A program made the position numbers and the translations under genes. Source: an uncultured delta proteobacterium (GTDB lineage: Bacteria; Desulfobacterota; Syntrophobacteria; Syntrophobacterales; Syntrophobacteraceae). From it: DNA of 64,000 bases. Positions 63,865 to 64,000 of this stretch are shown here, in pieces. The first letter of the stretch is position 1, and the number at the start of each line of letters is the position of its first letter. The notes under the pieces were generated by a model that saw only the letters and a program-made list of their open reading frames with translations, made no database searches and was not told the DNA's origin. The DNA lies in assembly GCA_963808625.1 (NCBI GenBank), contig CAWEHK010000041.1:32001-96000 (forward strand). Direction: 5' to 3'.

Positions 63865-64000
63865 CTCGGGTCATGGCAATGTGTGGATATTTATGGATAA
63901 GTTTGGAGAACAGAGGTCTTGGCATGTTTTAAGCCAACACTTCGGAGGATTTTCTGCGGAGGAGATCATGAAAAAGAGACATCACATCAAACTTGTCCAC

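Overview
GC-rich, gene-dense core chromosomal segment of an anaerobic Gram-negative bacterium. Gene content points to Desulfobacterota, probably Syntrophobacteraceae-like (inference). About 60 genes: an ADP-forming acyl-CoA synthetase subunit, a macro domain protein, an RND efflux operon, a methylmalonyl-CoA pathway cluster (mce, meaB, split mutase, mdh, biotin carboxyltransferase) with a sigma-54 motif upstream of the mutase, nfeD/SPFH, coaBC, mlaBFED, an Lpp/OprI-like lipoprotein beside an L,D-transpeptidase, fba, hisHF, glnD-like, ndk, an acs-acuC-acuB-GNAT-sirtuin acylation-control block, tol-pal-cpoB, an Omp85 gene and hicAB. About 20 genes, some essential, carry single-base frameshifts, which most likely reflect uncorrected long-read indel errors. 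The most interesting signals are three multidomain proteins in which one enzyme domain has lost its catalytic residues while the partner domain is intact: (1) cysteine synthase fused to a pseudo-cysteinyl-tRNA synthetase that keeps its tRNA-binding C-terminus, (2) a Pat-type GNAT fused to a CoA-transferase lacking its catalytic Glu, next to acs and two deacylases, and (3) a GlnD lacking the uridylyltransferase DxD. Intergenic regions hold a family of TTA-flanked MITE-like shells carrying different palindromic cargos, including a four-level nested element at 2.5-3.1 kb. No tRNA, rRNA, CRISPR array or autonomous transposase was seen.
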